From Okamejei kenojei (lineage: Eukaryota): 64,000 nucleotides of DNA. A program made the position numbers and the translations under genes. The stretch spans positions 10,664,001 to 10,728,000 of the forward strand of contig CM069174.1 in assembly GCA_035221665.1 (NCBI GenBank), given 5' to 3'. Positions 49,972 to 62,219 of this stretch are shown here, one piece after another. The notes beneath the pieces were generated by a model. That model was not told where the DNA came from, made no database searches, and worked only from the letters and a program-made list of their open reading frames with translations. Every line of letters starts with the position of its first letter. Within the stretch, counting starts at the first letter, position 1.

Positions 49972-50243
49972 TTTAGACTTTAGAGATTCAGCGCGGAAAC
50001 AGGCCCTTTGGCCGACTGAGTCCGCACCGACCAGCAATCCCTGTACACTAATACTATCCTACACACGCTACGGACAATTTACAATTTTACGAAAGCCAAT
50101 TAACCTACAAACCTGTACGTCTTTGGAGTGTGGGGGGAAACCAGATCACCCTACTCCATACAGACAGCACCCATAGTCAGGATCGAACCCGGGCCTCTGG
50201 CGTTCTAAGGCAGCAACTCCACAGCTACGCCACCGTGCCGCTC
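49972..50243 (-). mobile_element. HE1-type SINE
   Basis: Reverse complement of the HE1 family, including the B box (caggatcgaacccggg). Confidence 0.8.
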
Positions 50244-50520
50244 ACAGTAATCCTAGTGTGAAACATTTGCTGCATCTCTGGAGAACATGCTTAAGTGACG
50301 TTTCGGGTCGAGATCCTTCTTCCTGGGATTGACTCTGCGATGTTAGGGTTGAGCAATAAATGTTGGTGTTACCAGTGATGCCCACATCCTGAAAAATATG
50401 AAAAAATGAATACATTTATAAACTGCAGAGACTCCCCCAGCTTGTTGTGTGAAGTGGCGATTGGGGAGGCGATGCAGTTGGATGTTTCTCCACAAAACTT
50501 ACAATGCCTTCACTGTGCAG

Positions 50521-50684
50521 CTAAAGGACACATCGATAGAAGGATGGTTGAAGTTCAACACAAGTTAGCAAGAAGCCAACCAGTCGAGGGAACGTACCTG
50601 ACCTACTTCCTTTCCACCCAGAGGCTCCCGATGAGAGCCATTTATGGAAATGTGACCGAGTTGCTGCTGGCTGGTGTGGACACT
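50521..50684 (+). CDS. CYP27B1: CYP27B1 exon 5 (I helix)
   Basis: gtgcag|(A)KGHIDRR..YLTYFL..IYGNVTELLLAGVDT|gtaagt; 164 bp. Confidence 0.95.
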
Positions 50685-51512
50685 GTAAGTGCATGTGACT
50701 AGTTGCTTACATGAGCTTCAGGTTCTATCATCGGTAGCGAGGTGGGGGTGCAAAGTTCAGATTGGGCAGGACGTGTGGGTCACACCCACACACCTACCCA
50801 GGGTTTCAAAGACGTGTATTTCCACTGCAACTTTCTTGTCCCTTTCAGAACGTCTCAAAGTGCTTCACTGCCAGTGACGTACTTCCAAAGTGTTGTCACT
50901 GTTGTGATTTAAGAACCAAAGAAAGCCAATGTATTCACAGCAGGCTTCCACAAACCCACAAAGTGATAACGATCATGTTTGAAGAGATGTCATTTGAGGG
51001 ATAAATACTGACCACAATTACCCTTCTTTTCAAAATATTAGGATTTTTAACATTCATGTGTAAGTGCAGACAGGGCCTTAGTTTAAGATTAGGTACAGGC
51101 ACTGAACTTCTGACCATGTAGCACTCCTTCGACACCACGCCCCTCTAATAGTGTGGCACTCCCTTGACATTGTCCCCCTCTGACAGTGCAGCACATCACC
51201 CCTTCCTCCTCCCAGAATGTGGCACTCCCCGAAAGTGCAACGTACCTCTCTTGGACGGCACACTACTCATTTCCCCTTTGACAATGCAGGGGGAATGTGC
51301 AAACTCCTCGCAGAGAGCAGTGGCTGGAATTGAACCGGGATTGCTGGAACTGGGAGGCAGCAGCGGTATCAGCTGCACCACTGTGCCCCCCCCCCCCCCC
51401 CCCAGTTGAAATACTGACAGCTAACCTGGGATCTCAGTGTTATACCAGCTGGCCGACCTTATCTTCCATGCTAGCCCTGATTTGATCTGTGTTTCCTCTC
51501 CCATTTGGATAG

Positions 51513-51679
51513 ATTTCCAGCACAATGTCATGGTGCCTTTACGAGTTGGCCCGGCACCCAGATATTCAAGCAGCCCTGCACCGGGAAATAAGAGAGACAG
51601 TTGGAGACAAACCCATCCCTTCAGCTGCTGACGTGGCAAAGATTCCGCTTCTGAAAGCTGTTGTGAAGGAAATACTGAG
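51513..51679 (+). CDS. CYP27B1: CYP27B1 exon 6 (K helix)
   Basis: ggatag|ISSTMSWCLYELARHPDIQAALHREI..PLLKAVVKEIL-ag|gtgagg; ExxR motif; 167 bp; not in the ORF track in this frame. Confidence 0.93.
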
Positions 51680-51974
51680 GTGAGGGGGTGAGAGTGGGTG
51701 TTGCTACCTGGCAGCTGTGGGTGCCTTCACAAGGCAGTTGATTTCCTTGCCTGTCACCTCCCGGTCCGTCACCTCTGTCCCCACTATCTCCTTGTCAGTC
51801 ACCTATTTGGCATTTCCTCCTCTGATCTCCCCATGTTCTGAGATTGGAGGAGAGGTGAGCTGGTGGCACAGTGTTGCGGGATGTGTTGCACCTCTCCTTT
51901 CCTTTCCCCCCCAACCTTTGGTGCCATGACTGAAAACTGAAATATGTGTAATGTACCATTTCTGCACTTTCTAG

Positions 51975-52056
51975 GCTTTACCCTGTAATACCAGGTAATG
52001 CCCGTGTGATTCCAGATAAGGATATCCAAATTGGAGAATACATCATTCCACAAAAT
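51975..52056 (+). CDS. CYP27B1: CYP27B1 exon 7
   Basis: ttctag|(R)LYPVIPGNARVIPDKDIQIGEYIIPQN|gtaagt; 82 bp. Confidence 0.95.
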
Positions 52057-52815
52057 GTAAGTGCAGAGATTCTTAAGATTTTTTTCATTAAACCCCCCCC
52101 CTTGCAGTGGCTTTGGAGTGTTTTATTATATTTACTTCTAACTAGTTGATTCAAATAGTATGTTTTAAGAAAACACCAAATTGTCAGAAGCAGAAAATGT
52201 GCAGGTAATCTCAACAGTAAACTAGAACAACGCCTTGTATTCTGTGTGGGGAACATCCCTCCAGCGTTCACTCACTGCCTGCTTCCAAGGTACACCCTTG
52301 CATTCTGTGACAAGCCCCAGCCCTTAGATTTGTGTCAGTGACAGTCAGATTGGAGTTCTTCTGAAGGCCTGGCTTTGGAAGCCACTTATAGGAGAGTGGC
52401 AGCAGTGACCCATGAGTATTTCTCTTCCCTCAGTTGGGTAATTAAGGCCCGAGTCTGGAAGGGTGACACTCTGGAGTTGAAGAGCTGTCAGTTGCTACTC
52501 AAAAATGCGCAGTCAGATGGCCCAATCTCATTCTACAAGAGCTCTTCATATACCTAAATGCAGCTTTTACCATTTCAAATCCCTTTAAGCGTTCTATTAT
52601 GCATGGAGAAGACTATGTAATATAGTTGATGAGAAAAGTGATTGTGACATTGAGCAGCAACTTGTCACTCAGACACTCAAAGTTTTCTCCGAGCACCCTG
52701 GTTTGGTTGGTTAACCTTGAAGTTAAGTCCACTATGAGCGAGGTAGGATTTTCCGACTCGGGTCTGGTTCTGATGAAGTCCTGCTGGTTCTGACACTCTC
52801 TGTCCTTCTGCCCAG

Positions 52816-53013
52816 ACTCTGATCACTCTGTGTCACTACGCAACCTCACGAGACAAAGAGGTCTTCCCCAACCCTGACTCATTCCAGCCGATGCGATGGC
52901 TTCACAAGGACGACAATTTCCATCCTTACGCCTCCATCCCCTTTGGCTTCGGGAAGCGAAGCTGTATCGGAAGAAGAATCGCAGAGTTGGAGGTCTACCT
53001 GGCTCTGGCAAGA
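52816..53013 (+). CDS. CYP27B1: CYP27B1 exon 8 (heme-binding cysteine)
   Basis: cccag|[51 protein letters not shown]|gtaagt; FxxGxRxCxG motif; 198 bp. Confidence 0.96.
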
Positions 53014-53900
53014 GTAAGTTGGATTTGAACTCTGTGGTGAATGTAGGCTCTGCTCGGCATGAGGGAGGGTAGCGTGATGGTCGAGAAGCAGAAAATGTGA
53101 ATTTAAATCCCATTTGAAAACTGGGAATTTAAATTCAGTTCATGAAATAAAAAGTCAGTATCAGTGCCAGTGACCATGAGTCTACCAGCCTTATTTTGAA
53201 ACGTAAAAGCAATCACGAGACAGATTTGCTGTACTTGGCTTGTCTGGCTTTTATGTGACTCCAGACCCATAGTCTGTTACATGGGGATAGGAGGAGGCTA
53301 ATCAACCCCTCCGTCTGGCCTGTCACACCACTCGGTCAGACTGCAGCTGATCTCTTCCTCTAAGCCCATTTTCCCTCGGTAATTATACAAAGAAAACCCA
53401 TCCATCTCAGTCATGAGGAGGGAGAATTCCAGATTGTCCCAAATCTTTGTGTGAGGAAAAAGCTCTGGCTCCAATTTTAAGTTTGTGGCCCTTGTTCTGG
53501 ACTCTTTCTCCAACCAGAGGAATAGTCATTGTAAATGTTTGATAGTGTCTTCATGATTCAATAACACTTTATTGTCATATGTACCTGGGTTCAGTGAAAT
53601 GCTCGGTTTTGCATACAACCCGGTAAAATCTTACAGCAGGCCTCACCTAGGCAGTACACAGGAGTAGCCACATTTCTGGCGTCGACAAAGTTACAAAAGT
53701 TCACCAAACAGTTCTATCTTCTGCTTGCCGCCGCACGTGGCAATGGGCGGCTCCCCGCCAGGTCCCCTCCGAAACAGCTGGTACTTGCGGACTAACCCTT
53801 GAAATGCCGGTACGGCTATGACAAATGCAAGGTCCTGACAGCTGTGCAGAATCCCCCCTGGATGAACAACACCGATCCTGACATGCCATTTCCTTTTCAG

Positions 53901-54014
53901 ATCATGACCCACTTTGAGGTGAGACAGGAGATCAAAGGCAGCGTCGTAAAACCCATGACCAGAACTGTGCTGGTGCCAGAGCAGCAGATCAATCTTCAGT
54001 TTATTGACAGATGA
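53901..54014 (+). CDS. CYP27B1: CYP27B1 exon 9 (last coding exon)
   Basis: tttcag|[37 protein letters not shown]; total CDS 1500 nt = 499 aa. Confidence 0.95.
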   Translation: MMTHFEVRQEIKGSVVKPMTRTVLVPEQQINLQFIDR

Positions 54015-54399
54015 ACGGGTGTACAGTGAACAGCTCCAGTACTACGATGAGAGAACCCAAACCTGCTGATCCCAGCTTTAACTCTGGCCGACAAGATTTT
54101 TTCTGGGACTTTACCAAGTGCTGTCTGGAAGTCCTTAAAGCAGCTACAGACATTCCCCTGGCTCATCACCACTTTTAAAAAAAAAAAACGTTATCAGCTT
54201 TGCCAAATCTGAACAGCTTGGTGTTCAGCCAATCACTCCAGACATGATTGTGGACTCCAGTAACTGCCCCAACAGTGTATTGGTATGCAGTTGTCTGCTT
54301 TCCCTCTCTCACCTTCCTTAAGGTGAATGCACAATTGTCCAACATGAAGAAATGGTTCCCAAATCAAGAGAGCTTTTGAAAATCATAGGTCATTTCCCC

Positions 54400-54660
54400 A
54401 TAGGGTGGAAGTATTAAGGACTAGAGGGTGTAACTTTAAGGTTAGAGGGGCAATGTTTTTAGGAGATGTGGGAGGGATGTCTTTTACAGAGGGTGCCTGG
54501 AATGTGCTGCTTGGAGTGGTGGTGGTGGTGGTGGAGGCAGATACGATAGCCGTGTTTAAGTTGCTTTTAGATAGGCACATGGATATACAGGGAATAGAGG
54601 GAAATGGATCACATACAGGCAGTGGAGATTTGTTTATCTAGGCATCATGTTTGGTAAATG
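54400..54660 (+). mobile_element. HER1/CR1 LINE 3' fragment in the CYP27B1 3' region
   Basis: ggactagaggg..tttaaggttagaggg..gtggtggaggcagatacgata..gataggcacatggat. Confidence 0.65.
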
Positions 54661-55434
54661 GGTTAATTAAGATAATGCAGGCATTTTTGTCTGCAAATGC
54701 TCCTGAACTCTAGGAACCTGAAATGAAACGGCAGAAGTGGTGATCTCGGAAAAGTAAAGATGGACACATTACCAGAAGCTAGACAAGGTGGTGAATAAAA
54801 CCACTGAATGTATTGGTACATACAGCTTTTTTTTTTTAAAGCACTTTGTTACACAGTTCAAGCAGTGGTGAAAATTCACCCGAATTAAGAAAGAGAAACA
54901 GATTTGCTTTTCCAAAGCACCTCCACATCCCTTTCAGGATGCCCCAATGTGTTTTGCAGTGAGTGCTGTGGCTGTCGGCACTGTTGTGATACAGGTATGT
55001 GGTCAGTGCTGAATTCCTGTCATCTCTTTTTTTTATCTCCTCTTCACTGATGGCCTTCATTTATTTTCTACATTTTGGAGTTCAGCTCGGAGCAACTCAT
55101 CAAGATTTTTTCTATTGGTCTTTGTGGGTAATGATCATTATTTTGAAAATTCTGCTCTTTTTGTTATTTGTATTGGTAACAGATTAAAAAAATGGTGTCA
55201 AATCATTATCTTGTTGCAGTGTGGCTGTTCACTAATAACAAAAATGTTTTATCTGGAGTGGATGTGATTGGGATACAGGTTGCCGTGTTCATCCATCTCC
55301 CTCATTGCACCCTTGGTGCTTCTCCCCCACCGAATGCATCACTCACTTTGCTCCAGTGTATGCTTTAAAACGCCATACATGAACGATCCCCCATAAATGG
55401 TGATGTTCTTCAAGGCACCCTCTGTAGATACTTA

Positions 55435-57195
55435 GATCTAGGGACTTCTGCTCTAAGCTGGAGGATGAGACGGATGTTCGGCAACTATGGCAGGGCTTGA
55501 ATGCCATCGCCTCCTAAAAGGCGAAATCAGGAGGCAGCTCAATTGTCAGCGAAGCATCCCTCCCTGACGAGCTCAATACGTTTTACGCACGCTTTGATAG
55601 GGAGAACACTGATGTGCCTTCCTGAGCCCCCATTCGCCGTGATGGTATTTCGGTCACAGTCACAGAGGCCGACGTCAGAAGATCCTTCATGGGGGTGAAC
55701 CCTCGGAAAGCGCCTGGACCTGATGGTATACCCGGCTGTGTTCTAAAAACCTGTGCGGACCAACTGGCTGGAGTTTTTAACGGATATTTTCAACCTCTCA
55801 CTTCTGAGGTTCCCACCTGCTTTAAAAGGGCATCAATAGTACTGGTGCCCAAGAAGAGCAAGGTGACGTGCCTCAATGACTTTCGACCAGTGGCACTAAC
55901 GTCTGTGGTGATGAAGTGCTTTGAGAGGTTGATTATGGCGCATATCAACTCCTACCTCGACAAGATCCTCTACCCTCTGCAGTTCGCTTACCGCCACAAC
56001 AGATCAACGGTGGATGCGATCTCACTGGCCCTCCACTCCGCTCTGTACCACTTGGACAACAGAAACTCATATGTCAGGCTGTTATTCATTGACTACAGCT
56101 CGGCATTTAACACCATCATTCCCCCTCCAAGCTGGTTACCAAGCTCTCAGATCTGGGTCTTTGTGCATCCCTCTGCAATTGGATCCTCGACTTCCTCATC
56201 CACAGACTACAGTCTGTCCGTATTGGTGGAAATGTGCCATCCTTGATAACAATCAGCACGGGAGCGCCTCAAGACAGCGTGCTCAGCCCCCTGCTGTACT
56301 CACTCTATACTCATGACTGCGTAGGCGGTCATAGTGCGAACTCCATCATCAAGTTCGCCGACGACACCACTGTTGTGGGACGAATCACTGATTCTTAGAA
56401 GTGAGATTGACCGATTGACCAGCACAATAACCTGGCTCTCAACACCAGCAAAACCAAGGAACTGATTGTGGACTTTGGAAGGGGTAGGATAGGGACCCAC
56501 AATCCCGTTTATATCAACAGGACGATGGTGGAAAGGGTCAAGAACTTCAAATTCCTGGGCGTGCATATTTCCGAAGATCTGTCCTGGTCCCAGCACAATG
56601 ATGCAATTATAAAGAAAGCACATCAGCACCTCTACTTCCTGAGAAGATTACGGAGAGTCGGTATGTCAAAGAGGACTCTCTCGAACTTCTACAGGTGCAC
56701 AGTAGAGAGCATGCTGACCAGTTGCATTGTGACTTGGTTCAGCAACTTGAGCGTCCAGGAGCGGAAAAGAATGCAGAAAGTTATGACCACTGCCCAGTCC
56801 ATCATCGGCTCTGATCTCCCTACCAACGAAGGGATCTATCGCAGTTGCTGCCTCAAAAAGGCTGCCAACATCATCAAGGAGCCACACCATCCTGGCCACA
56901 CACTCAAATCTCTGCTGCCATCAGGTAGAAGATACAGGAGCCTGAAAACTGGAACATCCAGGTTCAGGAACCGCTTCTTCCCCACAGCCAACAGGCTATT
57001 AAACTCGCCATCAAACAAACTCTGAACTATAACAGCCTATTGCACTTTATCTGTATATTTATGTGTGTATATATATGGTCTATGCTATATAGACGCACTG
57101 AACTGTTCTGTATTTATGCTTACAATATTCTGTTGTGCTGCAAGCAAGAATTTCATTGTCCTATCTGGGACACATGACAATAGACTCTCTTGACT
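55435..57195 (+). mobile_element. Rex1/Babar-like LINE, 5'-truncated, frameshifted RT
   Basis: [71 protein letters not shown] split across frames; tail tagactctcttgact. Confidence 0.9.
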
Positions 57196-57799
57196 AGTAA
57201 ATAGTGACAACTCCTTAGGCAATCCTGTAACTAATAGCACGTACACAATGAGCGCTGTCTCATACACACACACACTGGAATACAACTCCTTACCAATATG
57301 AACACATTTCTGGCCAGAACTCACAGTAAATACTGCCACTTGCCCTGGAGAGTCACTTTAAATACAGACGACCTCTTGGCAGCAAACCTCTGTGAATGCC
57401 AAGGTACTCACTAAGCACCATGTTAATACTGATGCAATCCTGAGGATACCCTGTGAACATCAACACACTCTTGGAGCCCCCTGTAAACGCTGGCAACACT
57501 CAGGGCAAGATAGAGGGAATGTTACATCTTTGGAGGTGTCATCTTTCAGAGAGGTTGTTCACCAATGTCAATGCCGTCCTCTCAGCTGAATATGGTGATG
57601 CAGGCCAACAACATGAAGACAATTGGGAGATCTCGTCATGTCTGCAATTTATCCTTCAATCAGCATCTCGGCACTGGTTATCTTGTTGCTGGACCAGTGG
57701 GCAGAAACTGGAGCATGATTTCAGAAACGTTCAACTTGAATCCTGGCTGCTGAGAAATTTGAATTCAATAATCTGGGATCAGTTTAAAAAGTAGTTTTA

Positions 57800-58165
57800 G
57801 GAAGAGAACTTTAAATACGATAGAACTTTTCTTATCCCAGGAGGAAAATTAATCTGCCAACAGTCCGCCATAAAAACTCAAAATACATGAAACGTGAAAT
57901 TAAAGCGACGAGTGGAAAGGATTAAGGATGTGCAGATTGGGGAGGGCAGACTCAGTCTCACCCACAACAGAATGGGGAAGGTTGTGCAGTTTGATGGCCA
58001 CAGGGAAGAAGGATCTCCCGTGGTGTTCTGTGCTGCACCTCGGTGGAACCATTCTGTTGTTGAAGGTGCTCCTCAGATTGATCAATGTGTCATGGAGAGG
58101 GTGAGCTGTAGAGCTACAGGATTGTTGTAAAACCTCATCTGGGTCACAAATACTCCTCGGGATGA
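57800..58165 (-). mobile_element. Rex1/Babar-like LINE 3' fragment
   Basis: Minus strand HPLHDTL..STFNNRMVPPRCSTEHHGRSFFPVAIKLHN. Confidence 0.65.
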
Positions 58166-58194
58166 AATCAGCACTGCCCGTCCTGTGGCATAGC

Positions 58195-58300
58195 ATTCCC
58201 ACAGTACTGCCCCTCCCACAGTGCGGTGCTCCCTCTTCACCTCCCCTCCCACAGTGCGGCCCTCCATCAGTACTACCCCTCCCACAGCGCATTGCTCCTC
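58195..58300. repeat. Short minisatellite of cccacagt(gcgg/actg)-type units
   Basis: cccacag recurs at ~58198, 58216, 58248, 58281; similar units at 51120-51270. Confidence 0.6.
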
Positions 58301-58361
58301 CCTTAGTGGGGATCTCTTTTGATCCTGTGCTAACAGTATTGGCCATGTTTCTTCATCCAGA

Positions 58362-58577
58362 AGGTAGATAAAAATGCTGGAGAAACTCAGCGGGTGAGGC
58401 AGCATCTATGGAGCGAAGGAAATAGGCAACGTTTCAGTCGAAACCCTTCTTCAGACTGGTTTCGACCCGAAACTTTGCCTATTTCTTTTGCTCTATAGAT
58501 GCTGCCTCACCCGCTGAGTTTCTCCAGCATTTTTGTCTACCTTCGATTTTCCAGCATCTGAAGTTCCTTCTTCAACA
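58362..58577. mobile_element. Long fold-back Penelope-terminal-derived element
   Basis: ~85-bp inverted arms; 14-bp TSD tttcttcatccaga at 58348-58361 and 58578-58591; degenerate hammerhead cores near the apex. Confidence 0.85.
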
Positions 58578-59431
58578 TTTCTTCATCCAGATATGTTTTA
58601 TTGCTCACTGAACTTTTATGGTTCTACTGACTCAGAATATTGTGTCATCAGCACATGCTGCGTGGACAAAGGGCAGGTGGGTTAGAGTATCTGGACACCT
58701 CATGTTCACATGCTGATCTAACGGAGAGCAATGTCCTGCTGTGACCTGCTATTGGTCAGAGGTGTCCAGTTATTGCTGTTTGTTTTCCAGCTGCCACGTG
58801 GACACTTTTTTTCATGTTGTGTTTTTTTCCTGTTTTCTCTGGTGGTGAGCAGAACTAACTCTGGGGCCAAGGTGTGGAGTCAGCCAATTGGGCTGAAGTC
58901 AAAGGTCTCCTTCCAACTGAACAAACAAACACCTCTTCAACTGCAGCGTACCTGCCAGACCAGCCACACAGGGAATGCTGATGGTGGCACCAAACCATCG
59001 GTATGTTTGTTCTGAGGCGGTCCCGGCTAGTTTTCCTAATCCCTCCCATCTCCTGCTGTACCGTGGTTACCTATTCCCTTCCTGAATCTCTATCCATCTG
59101 TTAGGAGCCTTTGTGCCTGGATTGAATGCACTATTTTAACAGAGATGCACCCACACACACCTGCATATACGCACTGCAGTACAAAGTGTACACAGTGTTA
59201 GTCAGGGGTGCAGGGTGTAGGGTGTATCAGAGTTTATACACATGAAGGATGTGGGATCATCAGGTTATACAGCACAGATACAAGCCCTTCATCCCAACTC
59301 ATTGCTGTTGACCTAAGTGCCTTCCTGTGCATTTATTTGCTCCATATTCCTCTAAATCTTTCCTATCCATTTACCTGTCCAAATGTTGTTTAAATGCTAT
59401 ATTTTTACCAGCCTCAACTACCTCCTCTGGT

Positions 59432-59630
59432 GTTTAAGAAGGAACTGCAGATGCTGGAAAATCGAAGGTAGACAAAAATGCTGGAGAAACTCAGCGGGTG
59501 AGGCAGCATCTATGGAGCGAAGGAAATAGGCAACATTTCGGTCTGAAGAAGGGTTTCGGCCCAAAACGGTGCCTATTTCCTTCGCTCCATAGATGCTGCC
59601 TCACCCGCTGAGTTTCTCCAGCATTTTTGT
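59432..59630. mobile_element. Long fold-back Penelope-terminal-derived element (opposite orientation to 58362)
   Basis: 14-bp TSD ctacctcctctggt at 59418-59431 and 59631-59644; ctgaagaagggtttcggcccaaaac at 59543. Confidence 0.85.
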
Positions 59631-59894
59631 CTACCTCCTCTGGTAGCTTGTTTCACATACATCACCTCTATGTTAGGGTGTCCCTCTTTCCCCTCTCACC
59701 AAAGGAGGCCAATATCATCAGAGACCCACACTACCCTGGACATGCTCTCATTTCACTCCTACCATCAGGAAGAAGGTGCAGGAGCCCCTGGAACTGTGAC
59801 CACCAGATTCAACCACCAGATTCAGAGCACATGAACATTACACACCATTAACCTCAACTGTGAACAATGGTCTTTGGGAGCACTCTGGTTATTA

Positions 59895-60213
59895 GCATGG
59901 AAACAGGTTGTTTTTTTTTGACGTACCGAGTCTATCATCCCACATTCTCATCCATTTCCCATGCACTTGGAGGAATTTTACAGAGCAATTTACACATGTC
60001 TTTGGAGTGTGGGAGGCAACCAGAGCAACCGGATTAAACCCAGGGGGTTTAACTGTTCATTTACAGAACCAGTCACTCTTCCGTCAATTCTCGCTCCTGA
60101 CAGACAAGAGCTTTGAACGTTGTCTCTCACGGGGAGAACGTGCAAACTCCGTACAGACAGCACCCGTGGTCGGGATCGAACCCGGGTCTCCGCCGCTGCG
60201 CTACCGTGACGCA
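59895..60213 (-). mobile_element. HE1-type SINE interrupted by an ~80-bp non-SINE insert
   Basis: tctttggagtgtgggagg..[insert]..tcacggggagaacgtgcaaactccgtacagacagcacccgt..gatcgaacccggg. Confidence 0.7.
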
Positions 60214-60214
60214 C

Positions 60215-60660
60215 CGAAGTTGGGTTGTGCTCCAAGCCTTGCCTGTGGCGCTGCGTTTTGCGACGGCTGAAGTAACTTCACGGCGAAAACATTTATGTGC
60301 AAGTGAAAAAGAAAAGTTGAACAGCCCCACCCTGAGGGGAAAAACAGAAAAGCTGGAGCTTGGCGCCTCTCCCTTCACATCTGAAGTGGGCGGGACAATG
60401 TGAGGAGCACGTGGTCTGGCGATGCGTCAGTCAAACCTGACAGCAGGCGGATGAGTGACAGTGGCGCTGGCCAATCGCGAGAGGGGTTTTGTGTCCTGGG
60501 AGCGGCAAGTTAGGTTGCGCCCCGAGTCCCGCCCCCTGGCGCCGAGTCAGCGGCAGCGGGACGACGTTAAAGCTCTTGTCTGTCAGGAGCGAGAGCAGTA
60601 TTGACGGAAGAGTGACTGGTTCTGTAAATGTAAAGCTAATGAAAGAAACAAAAAGTTTCC
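60215..60660 (+). promoter_or_regulatory. CpG-rich promoter / probable non-coding first exon, most likely of the EEF1AKMT3-like gene
   Basis: GC boxes (gggcggga ~60388, cccgcccc ~60528), E-box cacgtg 60408-60413, CCAAT 60471-60475, cgtca half-CRE. Confidence 0.55.
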
Positions 60661-61581
60661 CCGAGTGTTTCCGCGCTGCAAACATTGAGCAGGTCGGGCA
60701 GCATCGGCGAAGAAAGGATCGGCGGAGACAGTCTGAAGGGTCTTGACCTGAAACATCACCCATCACTTCTCTCCACAGATGCTGGCTGACCCGCTGAGTT
60801 ACTCCAGCTTTTTGTGCAAAGTACATCTTCGTTGTAAACCAATATCTGCAGTTCTTTCCCACACAAAAGAACTGAGTTCACGGTTCAAATCGGATACAAA
60901 CTTTACAAGTTATAAAGACTGGGGTGTAGTGGAGGAAAATAAGGAAGTGCTTCTGACTGTTATCCTGGTGACCAACTAACCTAATCTTCAGGTGTTCAGG
61001 AATTGTTCTGGGTGCCTTCGAAGAGAGGCGGATGAATGCTTTTTAACTGCAAAACGACACAAAATGCTTGAGTAGCTCAGCACAATTCTCCAGAGATGCT
61101 GCCTGCCTGACCCGCTGAGTTACTCAACCACTTTGTGTCCTTCAGTGTATTAATCAGTATCTGCAGTTCTTTATTTGTGTTTTTAATTACAGTCTGGATG
61201 AGAATTAAAAAATCATGCTGGAATTGTGAGATTCAGGCCACAGGTGGGACTGCAGGAAATACCCAGCAGGTCGGGCAGTAACTGCAGCGAGAGAAAGAAA
61301 CTAAATCATGTTAAAAGTAAATGACATAACCCTCGTTGGCCAGTTCTGATACAAACAGAAAGGATGGTTATCTAACATTGTTGAATTCACCTAGTTAAGT
61401 TCAGAGGGCTGCTATGTTCTTCAATGGAAAATGAGACGCTGTTTCTCAGTTTAGGTTGGGCTTTGTTGGAATAATGGAGGAGGCCAAATATCAGGATGGG
61501 AATCAAATGGAGAATTAAAATGTTTTCTGATATCATTTTGGGTCGGCTGGCATTTTTGAAAATGTCTTTCTCCCCTTCAAA

Positions 61582-61697
61582 GATAGACACAAACAGCTGG
61601 AGTAACTCAGCGGGACAGGCAGCATCTCTGGAGAGAAGGAATGGGTGATGTTTTGGGTCTTCAGTTTAAACCAGCATCTGCAGTTCCTTCTTACACA
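61582..61697. mobile_element. Penelope-terminal-derived short element
   Basis: 15-bp TSD tttctccccttcaaa at 61567-61581 and 61698-61712. Confidence 0.75.
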
Positions 61698-61819
61698 TTT
61701 CTCCCCTTCAAATTGGTTTATCTTTTCACCCCAGGGGAAAATGTGTCCAACGTTGGGAACAAGTTAATTTGGCAGAGCCGGTGGAGATTGGAAATCCAGA
61801 TGTCAAGGGATGACGTAAA

Positions 61820-62219
61820 ATGATGGAACAACATCTATGCATGGTGGTGAGTCTCTGGAAACTCTCTGCCACAGAGGGTAGTTGAGGCCAGTTCATTGGC
61901 TATATTTAAGAGTGAGTTGGATGTGGCCCTTGTGGCTAAGGGGATCAGAGGGTATGGAGAGAAGGCAGGTACGGGATACTGAGTTGGATGATGGATACTG
62001 AGCCATGATCATATTGAATGGCAGTGCAGGCTCGAAGGGCTGAATGGCCTACTCCTGCACCTAATTTCTATGTTTCTATGGAGTGCCTTTCCCAAGGACG
62101 ATGATCTGTTTGCAGACTATTACATGGAGGAGAGCACATACGAGTTTTGTGGACATGTTGTAAAGATCACCGAGAAGTTCAGCGCTGACCTGGGAATTGC
62201 TGGTTCAGTCTGGGAATCT
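61820..62219 (+). pseudogene. EEF1AKMT3: EEF1A lysine methyltransferase 3 (METTL21B)-like first coding exon, interrupted by a LINE insertion (functional status uncertain)
   Basis: 62082-62219 reads SAFPKDDDLFADYYMEESTYEFCGHVVKITEKFSADLGIAGSVWES|gtaagt, resembling the human N-terminus [45 protein letters not shown]; synteny agrees; downstream exons not seen in the window. Confidence 0.8.
61840..62080 (+). mobile_element. HER1/CR1 LINE 3' end inserted into the EEF1AKMT3-like exon
   Basis: gtggtgagtctctggaaactctctgccacagagg..gaatggcctactcctgcacctaatttctatgtttctatg; tctatg repeated at 61834-61839 and 62075-62080. Confidence 0.85.

Noticed and set aside
55689-57025. ORFs of 185 aa as a possible active or domesticated reverse transcriptase
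   Set aside because: The RT is broken by several frameshifts and a deletion and lacks the 5' endonuclease; it is a dead LINE copy
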